Shown: in pieces, positions 39,206-51,062 of the stretch
Numbering within the stretch: position 1 is the stretch's first letter
How the letters are laid out: every line of letters begins with the position of its first letter
NCBI RefSeq assembly: GCF_006345805.1
Contig: NC_043010.1
Coordinates: 21,328,001 to 21,392,000, forward strand
Direction of reading: 5' to 3'
Origin: Octopus sinensis
Lineage: Eukaryota
Length of the DNA stretch: 64,000 nt
Program-made: the position numbers and the translations under genes
The notes under the pieces: model-generated
The model's database searches: none
Told to the model about the DNA's origin: nothing
What the model saw: only the letters and a program-made list of their open reading frames with translations

Positions 39206-41997
39206 TATATATATATATATATGTATGTATATACTCCTTTATGGAAAGTGCAAATTCTCTTCAGTCTTTTAAAATTAAAGGTTAATAAGATTTCTTCAAG
39301 AGAATTATTTGCAAAATTTTCTGAATTTGATTGGAATACAAATAAACAAATAAATAAATAGATAAATAAAAAAATGTATGAATAAATAAATAAATAAAAT
39401 AAAGAAAGAAAGAACATCTAAAACAAGAACATGATGTACAGTAGCAAGCTGAAGAAATTGTGAAGTTTATTGGACGCCTTGGTAAGTTAATTTCTATATT
39501 TAATGCAATCCATGTTAAGCTAAATTAGTTTTTAGATGGCTGCCTTTGCAGAATCTCTTAACAAAATACTACAGAATATTTCTAATATGAATTCTTCTCA
39601 TTAATTCTTAACAATTACAAGTATGTGGGTGTATGCAGATGTTGTTTTACACAGAATATACGATGAGGCTGGTTGCTAAAGACTAGAAATTTATGCACAC
39701 GGAACTGTTTTTGTTCATTGAAATTCCATATAATGTAAAACCTTAGGTCACGCAATATAGACATTAAAATGATAAAAAAAAAATACAATCAATATAAAGA
39801 AACCGCTCACAATTCTTCCATCGGTTCTTCGTTCTTTCTGTTCTTATTCTCTTACATTTCCATCTGTATCGCGTATGCTACACATAAGCGCTCGACACAA
39901 GAAGCTACATACGCACGCACACAAACACACAGACATACAGACAAACACACACACAAACACGCACATACATGTATGTTCACTTCTATGCATTTATCAATAA
40001 CCGCATTTGTTGATTCAATGCTAATTGATTCAATACGCCAAACTTTGTCTTATAATGATTTCTCTACGAGATATTCTAGAAGTCTTACAACAGAAAACAG
40101 AATTGAAATTTATATTCTATTATAAATCAATTATGGGAAAGAAATTGCTTGCGCCATGCACCAAGTGTTCAGCTTTCGGCGTGGCGAGTTTGGTAAGGCT
40201 ATTTTTTTTCTTATTTTTATGAAGTCATTATCACTTGAACATGTTTTTATTCACTCAATACAGTAATTTCCTTGTAAAAGGAATTAATATCACAACTTCT
40301 TCCTTCTTCTAGCTGGCCACAATATATTTGTTTTTTTTTATCGCTTTTCCAGTCAAACGTAATAATTGGACGGAAATTAGAGCCAATGGGTAGTGTGTTT
40401 CACATTTGGGTGGATAATTAAAAAACATAATCTTCTGTATTTATTGGTTATAGGCTATAGAAATCAATGTCTTTCGGGTGGTAATATAATGAACTGGAAC
40501 GTTAATAGGAGTGTAGAAATGTAGTGTCCGAGATCAAATGAGTTTAAGGAAGGCAGATTGAATAAATTGAATATAACTTCATTTCTAGCTGTGTTATAAA
40601 GTTTGTGCAAGAATTGAGCAAGGGAAAGTACAGGACACCATGCTATTGAAAGTAGGACTTGGTAAAGAAATTATGTTTCTCTGCTAAGCGAGCATCGTAA
40701 TCGGCCATTTTAATGACAAAGAATTTGTGTCTCATTTGGATTGTCGTGGCTTGACAAAATGTCAGCAACTTCTGAAATTTCTGCCAAATATAAATAATTC
40801 AAATCCAGATCTAGTATAATGGTAAGATATACAGCATTTGTAGAAAGGTACCAGTGCTAGACGTACACATGAAACGTCCTGCAGGAAACAGGAGACCAGA
40901 AATATAGAAAATGTATAATGGCGGTGTGAATAAATTGATTGTTTAGACAAAACCATTTGCGTTGAGTGAAAGTATTTAAACTAAATGTTTTATCTCCTGT
41001 TTAGCTAAATAAACTTATCTGGAGTCAAAGTGTTTATATAAATCTTTTTACGATAATTTATTGTATTTATCTAAATCATTATACGTTTACATATATTGTC
41101 TTGCTAGTTCCACTTCCATTCCCTTATAGGGTGTCGTCAAATCCTTTCTCGCTCTCTGAGAGTGTTTAGGTAAATTCTTTTAGGTTGTATTGTAGATTGT
41201 AGCTGAATTATTTTACATTGAATTATGGTGTACTGATCATTCATTTCATGTTCGTTTATAATATGTAGCTAAAAAATATTTATTTTCTGATTCCGTCAAC
41301 TTTCTTTTGCTTTCACGTTTTCAAAGTCGATTATGAGGAAAACAAAAACAAATAAACTGTAATTTAAAGAGGCCAATTCAAAACCGACCCCACACAGCAC
41401 TGAGCCAATTAAAAAAGAAACAGAAATTACTATTATAATACGGGAAACTGAAGTATCGACGGTCAAAATAATATGAGGTATTATTTCAGTGGCTGTCATC
41501 CAATCATTAGTTTCGTCTAAAAAAACCATTAACGTTCTCCCCAAATAATTGCTGGTATGTAGCTATTATATTTAGCTTGAATAGTAATGTATTAAAAAGC
41601 CTGAAAATAAGAAAATAGATTTAGATATAAACTGTTGTAAAATCGCTATTGAATTATGGAGGTGAGAACACAGCGTTGACAATCGTTTGGAGTTGCTTTA
41701 AGTTGTGTTGCGCTTTATGTTGTATATTTCACATTCTGTATCTATCAGTATGCTCATGTTTCTGGCAATTTTTATATTATTATGTCATAATGAAATTATT
41801 ATTTTCGGTACGAGAATGAGTGAGAGAGAGAGAGAGAGAGAAAGTAGAAAAGAAAGTTAGCTTCAAGCAATCCGTAGTAAATATAAAAAAAAACAATTTT
41901 CAGGGACAATAGTGCTTTATTGAGACGGAAGGTTGTAGAATTTTTCGTATAGAAGTACGATACGATAGGCGACCAAGATTGTCGGGTATGCAAATGA

Positions 41998-42286
41998 AAA
42001 TACAAGAGTTAAGGAATGGAGAAGATGAGATCCCGGCTACATATGTTTCATAGCTAGCGGAACGTCGGAAGTAGTAAATATCCAAGCGAGGTGTATACCA
42101 CAGGCTGCTTGTCTGGTCAAGGGTATCTTGATTGAATGAGGTACATGTTAGCACATGGAAGAATCGATCAGACGAGTAGTCTGCGGTATACACCTCGCTT
42201 CGATATTTACTACTTCCGACGTTCTTCTCGCTAGGTAACATATGTAGCCCGGATCTTATCTTCTCCATTCCTTAACTCTTGTGTTT
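41998..42286. mobile_element. MITE with about 115-bp inverted arms
   Basis: TACAAGAGTTAAGGAATGGAGAAGAT...GCGAGGTGTATACC versus GGTATACACCTCGC...ATCTTCTCCATTCCTTAACTCTTG; left TA flank, right flank TG. Confidence 0.75.
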
Positions 42287-42291
42287 GCTTG

Positions 42292-42351
<60 letters not shown>

Positions 42352-42359
42352 CACACACA

Positions 42360-42607
42360 AAATATGGGTGTTTAGTTTAGTTCACAGGTGATCTAAACAA
42401 TTAGGTACACTGGGTAAGTGCTATAACGGATTACCAGCGCTCTATAACCGAAACGGGAGATATGGAACGATTGTAGATTTCTAATATAGCGGATATATGA
42501 TTGTTAAAGAGGACAACAAACATCTCCAGTTATATACGTTATTATGACTGGAAAAATTCAAAGTCTTATTTTTCCAATAATAACAACGTATATGACTTGA
42601 AATGTTT
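42360..42607 (-). repeat. HHR-associated tail family copy with a terminal fold-back
   Basis: Homologous to 16680-16933; hairpin arms at 42518-42556 and 42569-42607. Confidence 0.8.
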
Positions 42608-43036
42608 GTATTGAACTTCTTTCCTTTAGCACCTCAAAAGTAAGATCTCTTCCCTAAAGACAGAGGCACATCTCATCCTATGATGGAATAATCTATAAAT
42701 ATTATTATGAGCCACCGAGCCCCCGCAAAAAAGGTGTTGCGTTTGCAATACTGTTCCTCATCCCCTTTAATTCTCTGTATCAATTCTATTCTGTGTAAGT
42801 CGGACCTTATTTATGTATACATAAATGCATTTTAAGTATTAGCTGTATTTAATATACATTATATATTGACCTGTCTAAATTCATTTCTCTACATTTACTT
42901 CGATACCCGGTCAAGTTCAAATCTCTAGAGCACTAAAAAGTGTTTTCTATGCGGAAATCATTCGGATCTCATCAATGAGCTATATGTATATAAGTTCGCG
43001 CACACATATATGTATGTATCTCTCTCTCTCTCTCCC

Positions 43037-43083
<47 letters not shown>

Positions 43084-43124
43084 CATACATACATATAATA
43101 TATATTAAGATATATATATATATA

Positions 43125-43336
43125 TTACTCTTTTACTCTTTTACTTGTTTCAGTCATTTGATTGCGGCCATGCTGGAGCACCGCCTTTAGTCGAGCAAAT
43201 CGACCACGGGACTTATTCTTTGTAAGCCCAGTTCTTATTATATCGGTCTCTTTTGCCGAACCGCTAAGTGACGGAGACATAAACACACCAGCATCGGTTG
43301 TCAAGCAATGCTAGGGGGACAAACACAGACACACAA

Positions 43337-43415
<79 letters not shown>

Positions 43416-43573
43416 GTATATACATACATATATACGACGGGCGTCTTTCAGTATCCGTCTACCAAATCCACTCACAAGGCATTGGTCGGCCCGGGGCTAT
43501 AGCAGAAGACACTTGCCCAAGATGTCACGCAGTGGGACTGAACCCGGAACCATGTGGTTGATTAGGAAGCTAC
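43125..43573 (-). mobile_element. tRNA-derived SINE (family 1), head slightly truncated
   Basis: Colinear with the 4153 copy; internal CA/TA array at 43320-43435. Confidence 0.85.
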
Positions 43574-43864
43574 TTTGTTTCATAAATTTGTCATATAGAC
43601 AGTACAAAGAGCTTTGCGGGCTGGACAAATACATTAATAAATGGAAATGAAATATAATGAATAAATGAGAGACGAAACCCAACACCCGCCGATTGGATTT
43701 TTTTCGAAACATATTTTCTTTTTTTTTTTTTAAATCAATATGAGGTTTCGAACCTTATACAAGGAGGAGGCACTAAAACCTCTTACTTAACGTGTTTTCT
43801 TTTTTTTTTTTCTTTCTTGAAGCAAAAAATTGAGGTTATAAACCATTACAAAATAATCCAATAA

Positions 43865-45420
43865 GGGTCTTTCACCTCCTACTCTTCGATATATCCATCG
43901 ATATATTCATCATTATCTTCAATGCCGCTTGAGTTCCTGTATCCCGCAATTTCCCATGCCACACTCATGTAGGACATGTAAGTCGTGTAAGGGCCACCCG
44001 GCCATATGCGACACTCCTCCCCAAATCCTTTAAGCCTTTCCCACAAGGGAAACCTTATGACCTCCACAGCTATCTGCGGAGGCCATTCGGGATCCCGTGT
44101 GAAGGGCATATCTACTGTTTTTTTATGTTCTTCTACTATTTTTCCACCTCCCCGCCCTTGTAGAAAAAGATAATTAATTGATCATCTTTAAGGGTGGGGG
44201 TGGTTTCTTCCACAGTGGGTGGCACAACTTCGGGACATGCAGTCGGCACATCATCTCCCCGCTGAGATGACCCGTTCTTCTTCCTTCTTTTTTTCTTTTC
44301 TTCCTGGCTTCGGGAGAGTGGAGCTCTTCCGCTTTGTCCGGAGACTCTTCCCCGCCTTCTGAAGCCTTAGGTTCCTTCGGCGGGCAACTATTGTTGCCCG
44401 CCTTCTTCCTTTTTAATCCTTTTTGAGTTGAGGAGGCTGAAGCCTCCTCGACCACATCCACCTCTCCCTTTGACCAAGTAGGGGAGGTGGCATCTAGTGA
44501 CTGTTCCAGGACCTTACCATGGTCCTGGGGGCAGTTCCTTTTAATGTGGCCTGGCTGCAAGCACGAGTGACACTTTGGGGGACGTCCCTCAAGTATCACC
44601 AGATACCTGCAGCCAGCCATTTTCAAGAAATCTGGAAAAACTAGTTCTGTTGCGGCCGATGGGGCCCACAGGGTCAAAATCGCTTTTGACCCTTCCCAAT
44701 CGACCGCCGGCAATATTCTTACATTTAAGAGCCTGGGCCCGCCATCCCCCAGTCCCCGTCGGATGGTATCTTCAATCCAATCCACTTCGGTGCCCGGGGG
44801 GGGGAGCCCACATACCTAGGCTCGAATTAATTTTCTTTAACAATATGACGGGAGAAACAGAATTTCCTTGCCTTCTAAAGGCTGACTCGCAAACTGGCGA
44901 GCCTTTTCCCCGTTGTCAAACAGCAACCATACGGTTGCATGTTTGACACCACGGGATATATATTTTACAGAGGACAAATGTTCTTTAAGTTCATTTTTTA
45001 TGACTTGTTTTGGGAAGACGGTGATGGAATTAAGAACTTTAGAATGCGTTCTAAGTACCATCGTCTTCTCCTCCGTATCTTTTAACCATTGCTTAGACGG
45101 GTTAATTTCCCACCCTAAGACAGAGTTTTTCTTTTTAAGTTCCTTTTCCGCCATGTCAAAAAACAGTTCAAAAATTAGTTCAAAAGACAGTCTGCCAAAA
45201 AGTTAAACCGAATAAAAATTAAACAAAAATGAAAGAGGAGGGGAGTAAACTGAAATTAAACTAATGAAAAGAATGAACCAAATTTAGAAAGAAAGAAACA
45301 ATAGAAGGGAAAAGTAAAAGAAAAACCTCACAAACAGCACAGACGGGTATCTTTTGTATAATACTCCAAAAAGGTCATCCAAATGGCTTATTCTTATTTT
45401 TCTGGCGAGATACGCCCACT
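43865..45420 (-). mobile_element. Tx1-like LINE 5' portion: ORF1 (gag-like, zinc knuckle), disrupted; ORF2 missing
   Basis: MAEKELKKKNSVLGWEINPSKQWL... (44837-45154) and LEGRPPKCHSCLQPGHIKRNCP (CX2CX4HX4C) in ORF 44174-44785; T-rich leader upstream. Confidence 0.8.
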
Positions 45421-45657
45421 AGAATTCACAAGAAGAATTTTCCAAAAAATTCTCATTTCACCGTTACGGTGTTGAGAACCCATTATTTTGCTCGCTATAG
45501 CGAGCCATAATTGACATTTTTTCTTTTTGTTATTTTTTTCTATTCGCGGAACCGAAACTCAGATCTGCTAACTGTAACAGTCCAGACAAACTAGTGTTGC
45601 ATTCTGGATAAACAAGCTACTTACCACACAACCACTCCTGCGCCTATAACGTTCACT

Positions 45658-45729
45658 TAGCAGAGCGTAGTTTCGATCTACGGACATCTGCGTTATGGGC
45701 CCAGCACGTTTCCACTGCACCACACTGCT
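45658..45729 (-). tRNA. tRNA-iMet: Initiator tRNA-Met(CAT), probably a pseudogene
   Basis: 72 nt AGCAGTGTGGTGCAGTGGAAACGTGCTGGGCCCATAACGCAGATGTCCGTAGATCGAAACTACGCTCTGCTA. A1-U72 pair and GATCGAAA T-loop are iMet hallmarks. U6-U67 and G30-G40 mismatches; no adjacent T4 terminator. Confidence 0.85.
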
Positions 45730-45731
45730 CA

Positions 45732-45739
45732 CTATATAT

Positions 45740-45828
<89 letters not shown>

Positions 45829-45833
45829 CATAT

Positions 45834-45864
<31 letters not shown>

Positions 45865-45926
45865 CATATATACATACATATATATATATATATATATTAT
45901 ACATATATACATACATATATATATAT

Positions 45927-45964
<38 letters not shown>

Positions 45965-45975
45965 ATATATATATA

Positions 45976-46026
<51 letters not shown>

Positions 46027-46047
46027 CATATATATACATATATATAA

Positions 46048-46080
<33 letters not shown>

Positions 46081-46084
46081 GTAC

Positions 46085-46135
<51 letters not shown>

Positions 46136-46150
46136 ATATATATATATATG
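45732..46150. repeat. Long TA-rich compound microsatellite (about 420 bp)
   Basis: Direct reading. Confidence 0.95.
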
Positions 46151-46352
46151 TTGAAATAATTACATGACCAAGCTAGAAACGTGACGCCATCACGCAATCA
46201 CCTCATCAGCCATTACTTGGCTTGTAGTCAGCCCTCTTAACTCATCCGAGTCTGGTGCTCCGTACCGTCCTGCACTGAATACTGGAATGGAGTGAAGAAT
46301 CCAGTACTGACCTCCATTCTGGTTGTGGCGCATTTTACTCTGCTCCTTTTTT

Positions 46353-46426
<74 letters not shown>

Positions 46427-46475
46427 AATATTGAATTTCTAAATCTCTCGTAGAGACATGTACGGTGGTGGGGCG

Positions 46476-46965
46476 ATAGAATGGTTGTATACTGTGAATC
46501 TAACAAGAATGTGACAGTAGGGGGTACACCACTGCTTTATAGCCCTAGGAAGCATCGAACGCCTCCTGATAGCTTTGACACATTTTTTCCCTGTGTCCTT
46601 ATATACATATACGAAGGGGAGACGTATATGTATATAAGAACAGAGGGAAAAATGTGTCAAAGCTATCAGGAGGCGTTCGATGCTTCCTAGAGCTATACAA
46701 TTACGAAATCGAGGCAAATATCACCAGCTGACCGGTGTCTGCTACTCTAGGCCGATGAAGGACAACGATCCTGAAACACGGTGTCCCTAGATGCAGTTCC
46801 GGCAGCCGGGGGTGTTTGTCTCCCCTTCGTATATGTATATAAGGACACAGGGAAAAAATGTGTCGAAGCTATCAGGAGGCGTTCGATGGTTCCTAGGGCT
46901 ATACAGCGGTGGTGTACCCCCTACTGTCACGTTCTTGTTAGATTGACAGTATAGAACCATTCTAT
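46476..46965. mobile_element. PLE-like pseudo-LTR relic with nested inversions around an HHR
   Basis: 46476-46623 is the reverse complement of 46818-46965; 46624-46697 is a second, partial inverted copy; the HHR lies between them. Confidence 0.8.
46727..46806 (+). ncRNA. Type I hammerhead ribozyme with CCGATGA (U4C) core and a long interrupted stem I
   Basis: Stem I GCTG-A-CCGG, CTGC, TCTAGG pairs with CCTAGA, GCAG, CCGG-CAGC. CCGATGA at 46752-46758, stem II AGGA/TCCT, GAAA at 46773-46776, stem III CAC-G-GTG, GUC site at 46783-46785. Confidence 0.8.
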
Positions 46966-46968
46966 ATA

Positions 46969-47031
<63 letters not shown>

Positions 47032-47096
47032 TGTATATATATGTAAAATTTCGAAGAAAATTAAAATTTATCTTATATAGTAGCATTTTCAAACTT

Positions 47097-47131
<35 letters not shown>

Positions 47132-47819
47132 CGTTTTGGGGGTTTGGTTTGCAAGATTGTTTATGAGTTTGTGTGTTGAAGCATATTCTCTTGTGTCTGT
47201 GGAGAGTCATTTTCTTTTTGTGCCTTATAATGTGACACACACACCGGTAAAATTTCCGCTTATTTCTTATTTTTATTTTCCGTTGCGTCCTGCAACCTTT
47301 TCAATAGTCTTGACTCTCTCCGTTATCTACACTGCGTTTCTTTTTGTTTGTTTGTGCGCATGTGTGTGGGTTAGTGTGTGTGTGTATGCCTATACATGCA
47401 TGCATGTACGTATGTATGTTTGTGTTTGCATGTGTATGTATGCATATATGTGTGTGTATGCATATGTATATATGTATGTATATGTGGGCATCTGTATGTA
47501 CGTATCCTGCATTTTATGTGCTTGCATGCCCGTCTTTGTGTTTCTATGTATGTGTGTGTGAGAATGTGTTTGTATATATATGCACCTCTGTCTCCTTGTC
47601 TGTGTGTGTGTTATGCAACTATGTACCATGTTTGTATGTTTGGATGTGCATCTTTATATGTGTGGACCCGTGTCCCCATATGTGTCTGTTCTTGTAACGT
47701 ATGTACCTATCTGTCTGTATGTTGATCTGTTTATTTTCATATCTATATACTTACATACAGAGAAAAGGTGCATACACATACACTCACCCCCCACATACAT
47801 ACATACATACATTTATCTA

Positions 47820-48339
47820 CCTAAGAGTCCTCTAACGATTCTACTCTACCTGTGTAAACTATGGGTATGGTGGTATGGTATCTACTATGTATATTTCCTA
47901 TTTAGTATTGGGGAAGTTTCATTTATAAGGACGTACTCCCGTATTTGTCTGAGTGTTGGGTCTTTTGGATGCTTGGATAAGATGCAGATGTCAAGTTGAC
48001 CAAAGTTACCTCCATGGTGGTCTTTGGCATGTTGGTAGAGTATGGAGGACTGTGTTCTGTCACCATATTTTCTCAGATGTTAATTTAGTCGTTCCGCAAT
48101 GCTCCTAGGTGTCACCCCTATGTACGTTCATATATTTTCAAGCACCTTCTATGCATCTTATGCTGTAAACTACATTTCGAGTTCTACAGTTAATGCCAGG
48201 GCTAATCCTACATACCATGCAGTTACCATTGGTGCATATGGTATTATTAAAGGGGTATGTCCTACATAATTGTGATCCGACGGAGTTCCCTGGCTTTTCA
48301 ACAATTTTAATGTTGAGTTTGGTCTCCTTCAGAGCTTTT
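47820..48339 (-). mobile_element. Penelope-like element: linker and GIY-YIG endonuclease, decayed
   Basis: KALKETKLNIKIVEKPGNSVGSQLCRTYPF..CMVC..NCRTRNVVYSIRC, then YIGVTPRSIAERLN*H..SSILYQHAKDHH..DPTLRQIREYVLINETSPILNRK. Confidence 0.85.
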
Positions 48340-48367
48340 ATATCTATATGTATTTTTATATCTATAT

Positions 48368-48518
48368 TTAGAGATAGAAACAAAGAATGGAATATAATAC
48401 AAAGAACGTGTGACAAAACAAACAGGGCGAACACGTGGTATAAAACCGACAAATATCAAGGAGTGATGTTTGTAGAGGCCACAGCCCATGGAGAGCTAGC
48501 CCGTAGATTTAGAAAAGC
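48368..48518 (+). mobile_element. Inverted upstream piece of the same PLE ORF
   Basis: RDRNKEWN..ANTWYKTDKYQGVMFVEATAHGELARRFRKA ends at AAAAGC, the same hexamer that starts the minus-strand piece. Confidence 0.75.
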
Positions 48519-48551
48519 GTGTTGTATTTTCATGTTTGGATTAACTACACA

Positions 48552-48647
<96 letters not shown>

Positions 48648-48792
48648 GTATATATAAAACTTACGTGGAAGAGGATGCGTGGTGTGCAATCATATAATAA
48701 TATAAATAATATACGTATATATGCATATATACATACATATATGTACATATCTATCAATCTATCTATCTATCAATCTCTCTCTCTCTCTCTCA

Positions 48793-48858
<66 letters not shown>

Positions 48859-48859
48859 A

Positions 48860-49060
48860 TGCATATGTGGTTACAGGACGGCACGAAAAGTGTACAACAC
48901 AAAAATATGAAGCACGAATACATGGAATATGAACTATTCTTTCGAACAACGAAAGACACAAATGGAAGACTAAACAAACCACATAAATAACGACCCTTCA
49001 TCAGTTGTTGTCTGTTTCTCTAGTCTCGTATTTCGAGCATTTAACAACAATATACACTTT
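48860..49060. repeat. About 200-bp dispersed repeat, second copy at 50485-50665
   Basis: Shared GAACTATTCTTTCGAACAACGAAAGACAC, AACAAACCACATA, TTCATCAGTTGTTG, CTCTAGTCTCGTATTTCGAGCATT. Confidence 0.85.
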
Positions 49061-49166
49061 CGATAAAACAGTTGTACCCACAAATGCTTATATATGTATA
49101 TATATATACATATAGATGTATGTATGTACATATACGTATGTATATATGCATATATATATATTATGC

Positions 49167-49197
<31 letters not shown>

Positions 49198-50223
49198 CAC
49201 ACATACAAATACACATATAGTTACACACACACGCGCGCACAAACACATATGGGTGTGTATTCCTACTGAGCTTAAATATTGAATGTTGGGCTCTCAGTAT
49301 CTTTCGTGCAATTTGAACCAAGAGTGTCCTTTCTCTCAGGCTTTTTATATCTATCGGTAAATATCCAGAATAACTAATCGGATGGTTTAACACGCTATAC
49401 TGCATATGAATTCTATACTTCTGTACAAGAAGTATTTGAAACCAATATTCCTACATAGGAAACTATTCGAAACCAATAATCGTTAGGATTTTCTCAGTTG
49501 TAAGTTCTAATAGAGAGCTTTTTACATTATATTCCAATAGTGACCCATTGTTTTGCAGCTCCCTGCAGAGAAATCGTTATTACATCCGAGAAGAGATTAT
49601 TTATTGAGATTTTATAAAGCTACATTGACGATAGAATTGTAATCCCGCTTGAAGCACTTTGATTTCCTTTCTCTAATGGACCCGTACATGGAATAACAAG
49701 CGTGGAATTGGCAGCAATTCATTCGTAGCTTCAACAGATCTTACAAAACGAACTAAAAGGTGTTTGAAATAAGATCCCAAACTGTTCCAGGAAAAATAGA
49801 GGGAGTTGTATTTTCCAACTTGTCACTGAGGCTCTTGACAAAATGAGGAATCTGTTTTTTACTCAAAGACATATATCTTGAGGCCTAGTGTTTGTGTTCG
49901 GTTACAGTTTGAATTCCATTCTGGATAAATATATTCCCTAATGTTTTCATATTGACCAAACCCTTGTGGCTGTTCTTGTGTTTCTTTTTTGTTTTTTGGT
50001 TTACCTAACCTCCCGCTCATGTGTATGCTTTAGCGGGGTCGAGGCTCTTGCAAACATTGTAGTCAAGACTCACATTTGAGATAAATTTCCGCCATCCTTC
50101 CACCAGGTTTGAAATCCTTGAAAAGGGTCGTAACGACACTCTACTTCCAGGAAATAGGTTATTAATATATTAGCTGCAAATTATGGTACAAGCCAAACAA
50201 GTTCAGGGGAAGGGCTATGTCTG

Positions 50224-50318
<95 letters not shown>

Positions 50319-50344
50319 GTCTGTCTGTCTGTCTGTCTATCTAC

Positions 50345-50390
<46 letters not shown>

Positions 50391-50391
50391 G

Positions 50392-50477
<86 letters not shown>

Positions 50478-50674
50478 TATGTGGGCACAGGATGTCAAGA
50501 AACGTGTACAACAAAAACTACGAACCATGCATACATGGAACATGAACTATTCTTTCGAACAACGAAAGACACGCATGAAAGACTCAACAAACCACATACA
50601 GAACGACCTTTCATCAGTTGTTGGCTGTTTCTCTAGTCTCGTATTTCGAGCATTCAACAACAATATACGCTTTC

Positions 50675-51062
50675 GATCCCAGCACTCAACTGGTTCTTAT
50701 TTCATCGACTTCGTAAGGATAAAAGGAAATGACTATCTCGGCGGAATTTGAACTCAGGAAGTAAAGACAGACGAAATACACCTGGCAATGTTCTCTAGCG
50801 TACTAACAATTTTGCCATCTCACTGCCCTAGGTTACAAAAAATATTAATTTCACATGTTGGTACAAGGCCAGCAATTTCGGGGGAGGGGCTAAATGATTA
50901 CGAGAACCCTCGTGGTTAACTACTCCTTATTTTATCGACTTCGTAAGGATGAAAGGTAAACTCGGTCTCGGCGGAATTTGAACTCAAAAAGTAAAAATGG
51001 ACGATACGCCGCTAAACATTTTGCCTGGCGTGCTAACGATTCTGCCAGTTCGTCGCTTTAGG
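50675..51062 (-). mobile_element. Two tandem family-2 SINEs
   Basis: TCGACTTCGTAAGGAT.AAAGG...CTCGGCGGAATTTGAACTCA present twice. Confidence 0.75.

Noticed and set aside
46160-46215. GAAAC..hairpin..CTCATCAG as a hammerhead
   Set aside because: CTGATGA is on the minus strand but GAAA is on the plus strand, so no valid core forms.
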